This document shows positions 24,382 through 37,579 of a stretch of DNA of 64,000 bases, piece after piece. The notes beneath the pieces were generated by a model. That model made no database searches. It saw only the letters and a list, made by a program, of their open reading frames with translations, and had not been told where the DNA came from. The stretch's first letter is position 1. Each line of letters starts with the position of its first letter. This DNA comes from Blepharisma stoltei ATCC 30299 (lineage: Eukaryota > Protista > Ciliophora): contig CBFDEM010000046.1 in the NCBI GenBank assembly GCA_965603825.1, positions 496,001 through 560,000 on the forward strand, read 5' to 3'. A program made the translations under genes and the position numbers.

Positions 24382-27174
24382 TTAATGGTGATCTTTCTGG
24401 ATTTCAGGGTCAAAAACAAACTCTTCAGGCATAGCTTCAGTCTCCATATTCGTCGTATCCAGAGCTACGTTTGCTTTTTCCTCTTGGACATATTGCTTAT
24501 TTTCCCTAATCATAATGATCCCGCATTTTCTATCTCTGATGACTGGCAGATATCTACTATCCTCCAAAAATTCAATTACGCCTTCTTGGCTTGGCAGCAC
24601 TCTGCTTGGATTCGTCAAAATTTCTTCTTCTGGCTCTATAATCACTGGTTCTTCTTTTTTTACTTCTTCCTCCTTTTTCTCTTCTTCAGGTTTCGCTTCT
24701 ACAATATCCATTGACTTTTCCCCTCTTTTTGCAGCTGCTCTTGCTTTAACTTTATTTGTGGTTGATAATACCGCTGATGCAATTTTTCCAGCTTTTTCAT
24801 TGGAAGGAACTTCTGTCTTTGGTGGATAGCCAAATTGAGAAGGCTTGGCTTTGCTTTTGACTGTAAAAGTATTTGGAACTTGGAGGTCTGAATTCACCCC
24901 AATTAATCCTGAAGGACTAAATGACAGACAAAACATATGGAGCATTGGAAACCAATACCAAAACTGAAGTGAAAGCACCAACCCTGCAGTTGCAGCAGCT
25001 CTATTGTTCCCTGATTTCGAGTCCAATGCAATTGTCATATTTCTTCCTCCTGCATCAAGAATTCCAAGTGCCACAATTGCTCCCATCTTTGTCAAAACAT
25101 CCTGGTGCTTTTCATTGACTATTTTATCAATTTTTTCTCTAAATTTATCAACCTTATTCGCGGTGGTTTTAGTCTGCTGCATATAAACCATAGCCATAGC
25201 AATAAAGGCGGACTGCCTCACAAAATTAACACTGTCTGTGGTCAAGGTTTCCAAAATATTCAATGCTTCAGGGATAGGGTTTCCTGCACAAGCAATTCCA
25301 ATCGCAATGGCAGATCCTTGTCTGACGTAAGGGTTATAGCTTTCAGACAGAAGCGCTACAACTTTTGGTACTTGTTCAGGCATTCTATGGAGCACAAATC
25401 CAATTGCAGTGACTGCAGCTTTTCTGACATCGTAGTCTACGTCACTAACAGCAATATGGAGAAGCTTTTTTATGATTTTTGCGTTTGAGGTGCCAACATA
25501 TGCAGTAGCCATGGTATAAGCAGCACCATATCTTAAAATAGGATCTTTATCAGTGAGCAGCTGTGTGATTAAGGTGTCAGCTTCTTCTTCACGTCTGTAC
25601 ATGACCAATGAAAGGCCAATTCCTAGAGCTCTGATGATTTTTTCATGCTGAGTTTCGTGAGCATATGCCAGCATGTCACTAATAGCAGCTTCACTAGCAG
25701 AACCAAGCATGACGAGGCCCATTGCATAAGCAGCTGCTTCACCTGAATTAGCTGAATCTGTATAAAGAACATTTTTTAGATGCTCAAACATCGTCATATC
25801 ATGAGTTGCCATTGTGGTTAAACCAAGGCCTAAGCAAGCTCCATGCTGAATTACTTCATTTCTAGAGTTTCCTGACAAAGAGTTTAATATAAAATTCACG
25901 GCTTCTGGCAACGCATAATTGGCATGAATAAGTCCCATTGCGTACAATGCTCCTCCTTCTGAGTATTGGCTTCCTGTTGAAGCTCTACCATCAGTTGGCA
26001 AATAGGGCTTAAGTATTTCTAACGCTTTTGAAATATTGCCACGATGAATGACACCTAAAGAAGCAGCTGCACTGAATTTTGACCAATTTGTAGCTTTGGC
26101 GACCCAGGTTAGGTTGTCCCTTAAAAAGCTATCATCAGAGGTCCCAGCGTGCATAAAAGCATTTGCGAAAATTGCAGCACCGTGTGTGACTGAGTTTTTG
26201 AATTCGACGATGGTTTTGACTTTGTTGATGATAAGTTTGTCTGAATTGTTTTTAGTTTTCAAGAAATCTAAATTAATATCGATTGTCGATCTTCCTGTTA
26301 ATACTAAAATCACTCTATCTCTCATTGCTGTTGCTGTTTGGTCTCTTGGCTGAGTCTGTGATAAGCATTTAGAAATTTCATTGAGAAATAGCTGATTTTG
26401 GTTTTCTACCAAGTCAAAACTCAGTTGTAAAGCTAACAAAGGCTCGTTTTCTATCAAATTAGTAAGCATGTCACTGACCGCTTGTGAGTCGTTTAAGAAA
26501 AATTTGCATTCAGTGATTGCTCCATAATCTAAGTCAGCCAATGACATATGCAATTTTACCAAGCAGCCTACAATGTCTTTTCTAAATTCTCTAGGGATGA
26601 TAATATCTTTAACGATCCCATATGTATACTGAAGCAAAGCCTTGATATTATTGGATTTAACAATGGCAATTTCAAGCTTGTCCAGTCTTCTGGCCTCAAT
26701 TGCAATGCCAATTGCTTGCTTGAATTCTCCATCAAGGAAGCATCTGTCAAACATCTGTTCGACGACAAACTCCATCTTCTCGTTGACTGGGACTCGATCT
26801 TCAGGGTTTTTAGCTTCGTAATTTTTTACTTGGATCTCAACATATTGATCGATGCATCGAGAGACTAGTGTCTGAGTAAAATCTGTTTTGGATGATATGT
26901 TGAAATAGTGGCCGGATTCCAAGGCCAATTGAAGGGCTTCTGTATAGTTTTCTAAATGATAGTGGATTTGAGCTGCTAAGTAAGCCGCCAGCTCATGATG
27001 AGGATAAGATGGGTCTAATGCTAGCCTGTGGATCTCTTGAAGCTGGCTGGCGATTTCATGCCAAAAATATTGGGCTACGTCTGACAGTTTTTGGAGCGCG
27101 AACGCTTTCATTACTGGGTCTTCATCTTTGAATAGAGAAATCAAGCTCTTAGCTGAGGATAGTACCACTGCCAT
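24382..27174 (-). CDS. PSMD1: 26S proteasome regulatory subunit RPN2/PSMD1
   Basis: 930 aa with PC repeats (ATNWSKFSAAASLGVIH, YSEGGALYAMGLIH, LLHIAVSDV..DVRKAAV) and NPSRVLP. Confidence 0.97.
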   Translation of the reverse strand: MAVVLSSAKSLISLFKDEDPVMKAFALQKLSDVAQYFWHEIASQLQEIHRLALDPSYPHHELAAYLAAQIHYHLENYTEALQLALESGHYFNISSKTDFTQTLVSRCIDQYVEIQVKNYEAKNPEDRVPVNEKMEFVVEQMFDRCFLDGEFKQAIGIAIEARRLDKLEIAIVKSNNIKALLQYTYGIVKDIIIPREFRKDIVGCLVKLHMSLADLDYGAITECKFFLNDSQAVSDMLTNLIENEPLLALQLSFDLVENQNQLFLNEISKCLSQTQPRDQTATAMRDRVILVLTGRSTIDINLDFLKTKNNSDKLIINKVKTIVEFKNSVTHGAAIFANAFMHAGTSDDSFLRDNLTWVAKATNWSKFSAAASLGVIHRGNISKALEILKPYLPTDGRASTGSQYSEGGALYAMGLIHANYALPEAVNFILNSLSGNSRNEVIQHGACLGLGLTTMATHDMTMFEHLKNVLYTDSANSGEAAAYAMGLVMLGSASEAAISDMLAYAHETQHEKIIRALGIGLSLVMYRREEEADTLITQLLTDKDPILRYGAAYTMATAYVGTSNAKIIKKLLHIAVSDVDYDVRKAAVTAIGFVLHRMPEQVPKVVALLSESYNPYVRQGSAIAIGIACAGNPIPEALNILETLTTDSVNFVRQSAFIAMAMVYMQQTKTTANKVDKFREKIDKIVNEKHQDVLTKMGAIVALGILDAGGRNMTIALDSKSGNNRAAATAGLVLSLQFWYWFPMLHMFCLSFSPSGLIGVNSDLQVPNTFTVKSKAKPSQFGYPPKTEVPSNEKAGKIASAVLSTTNKVKARAAAKRGEKSMDIVEAKPEEEKKEEEVKKEEPVIIEPEEEILTNPSRVLPSQEGVIEFLEDSRYLPVIRDRKCGIIMIRENKQYVQEEKANVALDTTNMETEAMPEEFVFDPEIQKDHH

Positions 27175-27695
27175 TTTAATATATTTAGAATAGAAAGTGC
27201 TATGAAATAAAGGCTTTTATTGAGATGATTATAGTGAATTTTCTCTTATGATTTTTATCCTCTTAATTTTTATGATTTAATATTATTTTAAGCTAAAAAA
27301 CCATTTCTGATATTTCATCTCAATAAATGGCTTTGCCATTGAGCAAGAATTTTAATTTTACTCAAGCAATACTCATACAATAATTTTTAAAAAATAATTC
27401 TAATTAAAAATAAGAATCATATTTTGGAGAAGGCAAGCATAAATTCGACATATCTGCTGGACTACTTCATTTCTGCTAATATATTTTATTTTATAACTCA
27501 GACCCTTTTTAAAATAATAAATATTCAGAATCTATCATCTTTATTCTCTAACGAAAAAATTTATTCCACAAAATCAATCATGCAGATATCCTTTATTTCA
27601 TTCATAAATAAGCTCAGCTTCCTTAATCATAGGATCAATACATCCCTAATTTGTTATTTTTTAACTCAAGAAAAAATAGACTCCAAATATTAATT

Positions 27696-28400
27696 TTAAT
27701 AAGGAGGATAGCCACCTTGTGGAGGATAGCCACCATATGGAGGGTAGCCTGGCTGTGGAGGATAACCTTGTTGTGGAGGGTAGCCTGGTTGAGGTGGGTA
27801 TCCAGGCTGTTGTGGATACCCTCCTTCGATTATATATTCCTTATTATGATGGTGATGTCTTCCTTCTTCAATTATAATTTCACGGGGTGGTTGTCCGTAA
27901 CCTTGAGTCTCGATAATCACTTCTTGAGGGTGATGAGGATGATGGTGATGATGATGCCCTTCTTCAATTACAACTGCTTGAGGGTATCCATATGGCTGTC
28001 CTTGGGGAGGATACATTGGCTGAGCATATTGAGGCTGGAATCTTATCGAAAGTCTCACTTTTCCAACCCCGCGGCCGTGGTGAAACAATTCAACAGACTC
28101 CTCAACTTGGCCCATCTGCCTTGCATTAAGAATGATAACTTCAGCAGAGCCGATTTCTTCATCACCGACCATATGTCTTCTGTCCCAAACTTGGACTCTG
28201 ATGCTTTCTTCATTATATATCTGGAATGTCAAGTGGTTTGACCAATTAGGGTACTTTCCTGCATTCTCTGCAATAGCGGTTCTTTCTTGATTGGATCCAA
28301 CAGTAACAACACAATATGGGTCCATTCTTCCAAAAGCTTCGACATCTCTATATAGTTCAGCACAAACAGGATGAACAATCAACTGACCAGGTACTGCCAT
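27696..28400 (-). CDS. C2-domain protein with His runs and Pro/Gly/Tyr/Gln repeat tail
   Basis: GRMDPYCV, GKYPNW...F, VQVWD, DEEIG motifs, then (QPGYPP)n tail. Confidence 0.9.
   Translation of the reverse strand: MAVPGQLIVHPVCAELYRDVEAFGRMDPYCVVTVGSNQERTAIAENAGKYPNWSNHLTFQIYNEESIRVQVWDRRHMVGDEEIGSAEVIILNARQMGQVEESVELFHHGRGVGKVRLSIRFQPQYAQPMYPPQGQPYGYPQAVVIEEGHHHHHHPHHPQEVIIETQGYGQPPREIIIEEGRHHHHNKEYIIEGGYPQQPGYPPQPGYPPQQGYPPQPGYPPYGGYPPQGGYPPY
27704..27825 (-). repeat. Imperfect ~18-nt coding tandem repeat (GYPPQP/Q)
   Basis: Repeated ggagga/gtagcc units encoding GGYPQQPGYPPQPGYPPQQGYPPQPGYPPYGGYPPQGGYPPY. Confidence 0.7.
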
Positions 28401-28414
28401 TTTAAAATTTATAT

Positions 28415-29572
28415 TTATTCTACCAGCAATGGAGACTGAGGACTTAGTAATAAATCAGAATTATCGCTGATTCCATTAAAAGGATTTGCTTTGCAAACTG
28501 GACACCTCGGTATATCGATTGACCCTTTGAATCATTCTTCTATACATTTAGAGTGATAAATATGTTTGCAAATTAATTTTCTGACTTCGCTCCCTTCTGA
28601 AAAGCTACATAAAAAATACTCTTCAAAGCAAATACAGCAGGTTTTGGCTTCCCAATCAACTTGAGATTGATCGAAAACTATTTTAGGCAAGTGGAGTTCT
28701 AGTAGATCATCAGGAATTATTGACGCCGATTGATTATGAATCAAAATTTCATACTGTCGAGCTCTTTCAGCGTTTATTGTAGCCAGGTTTCGGACTCTTA
28801 CTCGTCTAATGCTTGATCTAATTTTATATACACAAAAGCAGCAGCAGAAGAAGCAAAAACCTGAGATAGATGAAATTATTATTGTTGTCACAATTCCATG
28901 TGAAGAAGATTCATCGGAATCATTCCCACTTCGGCTTCAGCTGAAAGACATTCCTGAGTAAGCTTTGTATTTATCTCCTGTGAAGTAACCGATAATAAAA
29001 TAATTTCCATCTTCGATGTCAAAAGCATTTCCGTTTGACAAATTATTTAGGACAATTTCCGTTCCGGAACTCTCCCATTTATTTTTAAATAAGCCAGAAT
29101 TTTGGGAAAGAGAGTAATATAATATCTTTAACGATCCAGATTGTGATTCGTGAAAAATTGAAAATGATAAAGAAATGCTTTTCTGAGAGGATTTTTGCTT
29201 GGTAAAGTCAAGAGTTCATATGCATAGAGAGCTTGTTGGAAATGGATCGGAAATCTGGATAAAGCCATCATGGCTTGATAGTACAGTTGCTGGCCCGCAG
29301 CTGGGCTAATTTAAAAATACACTTGTGGAGGTACATTGAGGGTAGTTTCCTTGATATTTATAGCAATATGACAAATTAGGCTCGTTATCACAGTTAAGAC
29401 AAAGGTTAGAGCATGAATTTGAATCTTTGGAGCAGGTCGTTTCAGTACAACTATCACTGGATAAAAATTACGTATATCAATTTATCCCAAAAGCTGTACA
29501 AGCAGAGCAATTTGTTTGGCAACTTGAAGCTAAATCAAGAATAAGTAATACTAGCAAGCTTATTGGTTCCAT
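28415..29572 (-). CDS. Type I membrane RING-H2 E3 ligase (signal peptide, Cys-rich/CUB-like ectodomain, TM, RING-H2)
   Basis: ATG 29572. Introns at 29457-29471, 29306-29320 and 28605-28619. CCICFEDF..LICKHIYHSKCIEE(W=TGA)F...RCPVC. Stop TAA at 28415-28417. Confidence 0.85.
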
Positions 29573-30547
29573 AAAATAATTATTTATTTGTTCTAAAATA
29601 ATTTATATAAAATTATAAATTAATGTAATTATTAAATTATGTCCGATTTAAATATAATTAAAGAGTCCTATAACTATGCAAGTGCTTAAATTTTAATCTT
29701 AATACTAATTTTATACAAGTTCAAAATTTATATATTTTTACCCAGCTGCAAAAAATTATCAGTTTTGTGTTCTAAAATAATTTGCTATGAGCTCATAAGC
29801 ATTGATAATCTATATTAAATGTGTGTCTTCCTTATAAGTAAAATCCTTATTATTTTTAAAAAGTCATTTACAGAGGATCTTATGAATTCGAAAATTTTTA
29901 TAGATTTTTTTCTCGCAATTATAAGGATATTTATAGAGTGCTTTCTGTGTGAATTAATCATAAAAATATATGCTTTCTTCAAATAAGTTATAAATAATTA
30001 AAGTTTTTTGTTTTATAGGCTCCAATTCTCGAATAAATAACTATTTCACTACATTAAAGGGAAAAAACTCAGTATACGCCAAGTCATGACTAAAGCTCAA
30101 GATGATAAATATAATGGTTCATATTATTATATTTGGCAATTTTTGGCTTTATAAATCTCTATTTTCGGATTAATTATGATATATAGCAATCATTCGGAAC
30201 CTATTCTATTAGCTGTTTAATAAAGTCTTTTCTTTTGCATCAAACATAAATCCAATGAAAAAATAATTATTGAATGCTATAAATTTTAGCATCAAAAGAT
30301 AGGTGAGCTCTAGATCGAGCTACTTGTGTAACTGAGAGTATCCATTCCTCCATTATTAAAATTTGATTTTTTCTGTAATTATAAAATTAAATAAATTACA
30401 GTTAAAAGCGAAGAATTTCCTTTAAATGCCTCTCTAAAATAAATTAAAGTACTTTAAAAGATAAGAGCAATAAATATTAACATCTTTATATATGTTCGCG
30501 CTAATTATTATATGATTTCTTAATTAAAATTGGATGGATTAATAAAA

Positions 30548-30991
30548 ATGAAAAGCTATCGATGCAGCTACCGCAATTGCAAGCAAACATATACAAATCA
30601 ATATAACTTAAGAAGGCATATATCAATAAATCACCACAAAGTGCGATTTACATGCAAGACTTGCCAGAAAAAACTCTGTTCAGCTCAAGCATTAAGAGAT
30701 CATGCCCATTGCCATACTGGAGAGAAGCCTTATGCCTGCAAGTTTCCTGGATGCACTAAGAGATACAGACAAGGAAGCCAATTATCTTATCACAAGAAAA
30801 AACATGCAAGACAGCTCAGTGAAAAAGTTGAAGTTTTTGCAGAATTAAAAGTAACCAATATTTAGCTAACTTTTCTGCTCAGGCATGAATCAAAAGAGAT
30901 ATATGAGGCACCCAAAGGTCCTTACTCAGTAAATCATGCTGTTTTACCACCACTAAGACCAAATTCAAACTTAAAAAGCCTAAAGTTCTAA
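30548..30991 (+). CDS. C2H2 zinc-finger protein (3 fingers)
   Basis: CSYRNC..H...H, CKTC..H...HTGEKPYAC...C..H...H. 15-nt intron 30851-30865 removes the apparent stop. Confidence 0.88.
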
Positions 30992-33325
30992 TATAATCTA
31001 ATAGAAAACATACTTTAATCATGCATATAATAATATAAATTAATATATAAAGGGTGGCCGAGCTTAACTGAAAATAACTATCCGCTAGAAGAACTTTTAG
31101 AAAATTATTGTTTAAGTTAATTATTGAGCAATTTTCTATTAAAATTATTATTAGGAAGTTACTAATAAGAAAAATTTTGCTCTATGAAATTTTTTATTTT
31201 TATAAAATAAATTTTAAGCGGCTATTTTAGAGTCGATTAATTTGAAGAATTTGACTTTTATTACTCAAGATTCATAAAAGTTTCGAATATAATTTATCAT
31301 ATCATTTTAAGATAGCTTCAGAATGGATTACTACATATTTATATTAAAAGTTCAAGATTAAGTTTAAAAAAGGGAATAATGCATATAGCTATATCCTCTC
31401 TCCATAATCATCCGCTTTCATTTTGATTTTTAAAAATTAAATTTATATTTGCATATATTATAATCCATTGTTTTATGAATTTAATAGAAAGTTAAACTTA
31501 AGCTATATTTAAAATTTTAAATTTTATTTTTAGGAATCTTCTTAATAAGAGGAAGCCAGTCTAAAGCTTTCTCTATTTGCATGGCTATCAGATAGTCCAT
31601 AGCTTAAATAATCCTATAGGAGCTCAATTCATTTATAAATTTGAATTGCTAAATGTATAAAGATAGTCAGTAAACGTTTTTCATAATTATCCAAATAATC
31701 TGGTTATTATTATTATTCCTTCTGCTTACAATGAACATATAATGATAAATAATATTGCCGCTAAATTTATTATCATTATATGGCTATACACTACTTCAGA
31801 AGAATCACTATTCTGCAGGAGTAATTAATTAGATTCATTTTTTTTTAATTTTAGACTTCAAAGTTTAATAAAGATAAATTCAAATTATTCTCTAATTATT
31901 TTGGCAAAGATAAGTTTATTAGAAATAACTATTACAACTCATTTCATAAGATTTTCTTGCATTTTATTTTTCTGAGTTATATATAAATTAAACAGTTAAA
32001 GAGTTTGGAAAATATTTTTGAAGGCATTTTATAAAAGGCATATTGTCCTGCAGTGTTTAATTTGGAAATCAGATATATTTTTTTAAAATGTTTTATTTAA
32101 TTCATTTAATTTTACTCAAATTTTTCTTATATTTAGAAAATATAATACATTGGAAGAATTTTTTGAACTTCAAATTTCTTTAAAGATTTGTTCAACGATA
32201 AATTAATTATAGAGTTATTTTTACAATTATGATAGTGAAAAACTAAGTCAGTTAAGCCTTAGTATATCATATACATTTATATTCCACTGCTGACAAAAAG
32301 ATGTCCTAGCTGAAGAAAAAAGGATCATAAAGGGTGATCGAAAAATTTATTCCAGCATAGATAGTGGAAGAGTTGAAGATTTAACCCCTCCATTATTTGT
32401 CGACTGATAATTAGAATTTAAATTCAAATTCATACTTAAGATTCAGCTGAAATGATCATTTAAGCATCGAGAGCCTTTCAGAATATCACTTAAGACACTC
32501 GCTGATTTTATTATTTTCATTTCCTTGTAAATAATTTTCATGCATTATGAATATTGTTTTGAAGAATTATTAATGAAATTATTTTTCAACTTAAACAAAG
32601 AGTCTTAATACTTAAATAATATTTGAAACTAAATTTTAGATTTACAAAGCAATCTTGCTTGCTGATTTTAGCGAAGAGTGAAAAAAGGAGAATCCATTTC
32701 AGAGTGCGGAGATTCAAATGTAGATGATGTATTTGGAGTTGAAGGATATAAGTTTTCTTTTTCATAATCTACAGACTTCAGCTTCACTATTGGTGAAAAA
32801 CCTTGAGGCAGAGGGGATAGAGGCATTCTACGAGAGTTCATCGCCTTCCCGGAAGAAATGGACTTGGGTAGTTCATCTTCGGTTTAAAATGGTTGATTTA
32901 AATATTAACAATTTATTTTAATTTGAAAAATATTGTGATTAAGTGCATGATACTCAAGAAATTTTGATAAACAGTCTAAGTACAATTTGATAGTTGAGCT
33001 GACTCATGCTATAGTAGTAGTCCACAGAGGAGTATTCGGAAGTCTTATCTATTAAAGATGATTTCTTGAAACGTTTACAAATTTAGTTCATGATAACATT
33101 CTATTTATACTAGATTCATGGAATAATAAATCCAAAAATAAGCTGAGATTTTTCTGCATTTAAATGCATATTTTATTTGATTGCTTTTTAGGTTCAAAAT
33201 ATAGTTAATTCTTTTTATTTAATTCTCTTTTCTTAAGACTTATTATCCATATGCAGGGGATTTTCTATTAATTGTGCTAACTAAGTTGTAATGGTATTTC
33301 TTTTGAAATGGATTAGAATCCATAA

Positions 33326-33754
33326 ATGGCAGGCAAAAAAGGTGAGGCCAAGAAGACTGCTAAAGCAGTTCGCAAAGGAGGAAAAGAGCAGAAGCACAAA
33401 AGAGTGACCAGCGTGAGGTTCAGAAGACCAGACACCAAAATAGTAGCAAGAACTCCTAAGTACGCTCGCAAGAGTCTTCCAGGCAAAACCAGACTTGACA
33501 AGTTTTCCACCATCACTATGCCTCTCGCCACTGAAAAGGCCTTAAAGACAATTGAAGATCATAACACTTTGGTTTTCCTCGCTCACCCAATGGCTAACAA
33601 AAAACAAATCAAGGACGCTGCTGAGAAGCTTTATAACATCAAAGTTGCAAAAGTCAACACCTTAATCAGGCCAGATGGAAAGAAGAAAGCTTTCATAAAA
33701 GTATCACCTGAATATGAAGGACTTGATATCGCAAACAAGATAGGCATCATCTAA
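33326..33754 (+). CDS. RPL23A: 60S ribosomal protein L23a (uL23)
   Basis: [44 protein letters not shown]. Confidence 0.97.
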   Translation: MAGKKGEAKKTAKAVRKGGKEQKHKRVTSVRFRRPDTKIVARTPKYARKSLPGKTRLDKFSTITMPLATEKALKTIEDHNTLVFLAHPMANKKQIKDAAEKLYNIKVAKVNTLIRPDGKKKAFIKVSPEYEGLDIANKIGII

Positions 33755-33875
33755 TTTATAAAGATCTTTTGCCCTTTATTTAGTGTTTAAATAATTTTCA
33801 TATAAGGCTCAGGCAAGGTTTTAACTATTTTTATACCTTTTTCATTCAATTTCATTTATCTCGTTATATTTTAAA

Positions 33876-35887
<2,012 letters not shown>

Positions 35888-35898
35888 AATTCACTTCT

Positions 35899-36240
35899 TT
35901 ATCTTACATTAGAACCTGTAAAATTTAATCGTATTGGTGTTGGCAATTTCTTTTCTTCAGCCAGTCGTTTATATTCAGGGCTTTCGATAAGTTCTTTTAA
36001 TTTAGATTCGGTATATTGTCTGCCTTGCTCTTCATATTGGTGACTAGGAATAGGATTGGCTACACGAATTTTTGGTTTATTTTCTTTGACTCTGGTAATG
36101 ATAAGGATGATAATCATGACAAAGCTTGGGACGAGAAGTGTTGAAATTGGGTTGTTGTAGAATAGAGGGAATTTGGAATGCTGGCTTGAGAGAAGTCCTA
36201 TAATTGAGACTGTAAGAAGGATTGCAGGGAGCTTTACCAT
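35899..36240 (-). CDS. Small 2-TM hypothetical protein
   Basis: 113-aa ORF with two hydrophobic segments, convergent on UBA52 with an 11-bp gap. Confidence 0.6.
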   Translation of the reverse strand: MVKLPAILLTVSIIGLLSSQHSKFPLFYNNPISTLLVPSFVMIIILIITRVKENKPKIRVANPIPSHQYEEQGRQYTESKLKELIESPEYKRLAEEKKLPTPIRLNFTGSNVR

Positions 36241-36445
36241 AATAAATATAGGCGGGAATTTGACGCTATTATTTATTGATATAAACGAATACTATTTTAA
36301 ATATACTTACTGAATTTAATTTTCAATGAATTTTTAAATGATTTTTTTTATGTTTTCTATTCTTTTCTGCATCAAAATAATTTGTCTTCTATAATTATTT
36401 TGAATTTTGCCTTTTTTTCTCCTCAATATATAAATTCAGATTAAA

Positions 36446-37348
36446 ATGGACTTATCTTCAGAAGCATTTATAACAGAAGAAAATATTTTGTCTTTAAACA
36501 AGCATGCCCTAGATAATTTAAATAATCCACACATAGCGTTATCAGATCTCCAAAGTGCAGAAAGAATTTTATTTGAAAGTGCCCCAGAGAAATTTAAAAA
36601 TCGATTAATGCTGATGGCTTTGACATTTAATAATCTCGCATGCTACTACAAAAGAATGAATCAGCCAAACGTAGCGTTATTATATTTGAATCAAGTAGCC
36701 AAGCTGGAATATCAGACTTTATCTAATCCTTTTGATATTGCGTCCACGCAGCTTAACTTATGTGCAATAAATTCTCAATTAGGAAAGCATGCATCTGCAC
36801 TTGAAAATGCAAAACGTGCATTGAGTCTATTTAATCAAATTGATGAAAATGAGCTGAATAGTAGCCAAATTACAAAGATTGTAGCTGCGTATTATAACGC
36901 TGGGATTGAGTTTGAGTTTATGTATGATATTAACCAAGCTTATGAGTATATGGAAAAAGGCTATGAGTTAGCCAAAAAACATTTGGATTTAAGACACCCT
37001 TTAGTGAGAAATATATATAAAAGCTTGAATGAGCTCAAAGAAAGAAGAGATAGATTTAAATTATTGGTAATTGAAAGAAGGAATGTAAGAAAAATCCAAA
37101 GAATGGAGTCAAAAAGTATAAGCCCAGCAATGAGTATTAGGTACGAGGAAACATCAAAAAGTTCAACTTCAAAAATGAATTTCGCTTCGTTTGGGCAGTC
37201 AATGGTGACACCAAAGTATAACCCACTAAAGCTCCCTATTTCAATGACTATGAGGCATGATAGGCTGATGAAAAGAGATATTTCTGCTGGATTAAAAATT
37301 TATCTTATGGAAAAAGATCCTAAAAGCAAGCCACTGCCAAATCAATAG
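36446..37348 (+). CDS. TPR-repeat protein
   Basis: ALTFNNLACYYK, STQLNLCAINSQLGKH..ALE, AYYNAGIEFE, L...HPL. Confidence 0.85.
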   Translation: MDLSSEAFITEENILSLNKHALDNLNNPHIALSDLQSAERILFESAPEKFKNRLMLMALTFNNLACYYKRMNQPNVALLYLNQVAKLEYQTLSNPFDIASTQLNLCAINSQLGKHASALENAKRALSLFNQIDENELNSSQITKIVAAYYNAGIEFEFMYDINQAYEYMEKGYELAKKHLDLRHPLVRNIYKSLNELKERRDRFKLLVIERRNVRKIQRMESKSISPAMSIRYEETSKSSTSKMNFASFGQSMVTPKYNPLKLPISMTMRHDRLMKRDISAGLKIYLMEKDPKSKPLPNQ

Positions 37349-37579
37349 CTTTGTATAAAAAATTTTGATTAAAAATGATTTATTTAAAAAAAATGAAGCT
37401 AGCTTTATTTAATGGCAAAGAACGTAGAGTTTCAATTATATTTAATGTTTAACAAATAATTATCGGTGTAACAACGATTCTTCTTGCCCTTTTATTTCTC
37501 AACTTTCATAAAATAATTTTAGGGATTTTAAAATTGGGTTTTCATTCATCCATGATTATTTGTACTTACCAAACTAAGA

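Noticed and set aside
24385-26868. Multiple + strand ORFs over RPN2 (and similar ones over BBS1, RPL27 and the SNX gene)
   Set aside because: Antisense shadows of well-supported genes.
27651-28241. 196-aa + strand ORF with WRIA/WRVA repeats
   Set aside because: Antisense shadow of the C2 gene's GYPP repeats.
32724-32921. 65-aa ORF in the long intergenic region
   Set aside because: No motif and no extension I could support.
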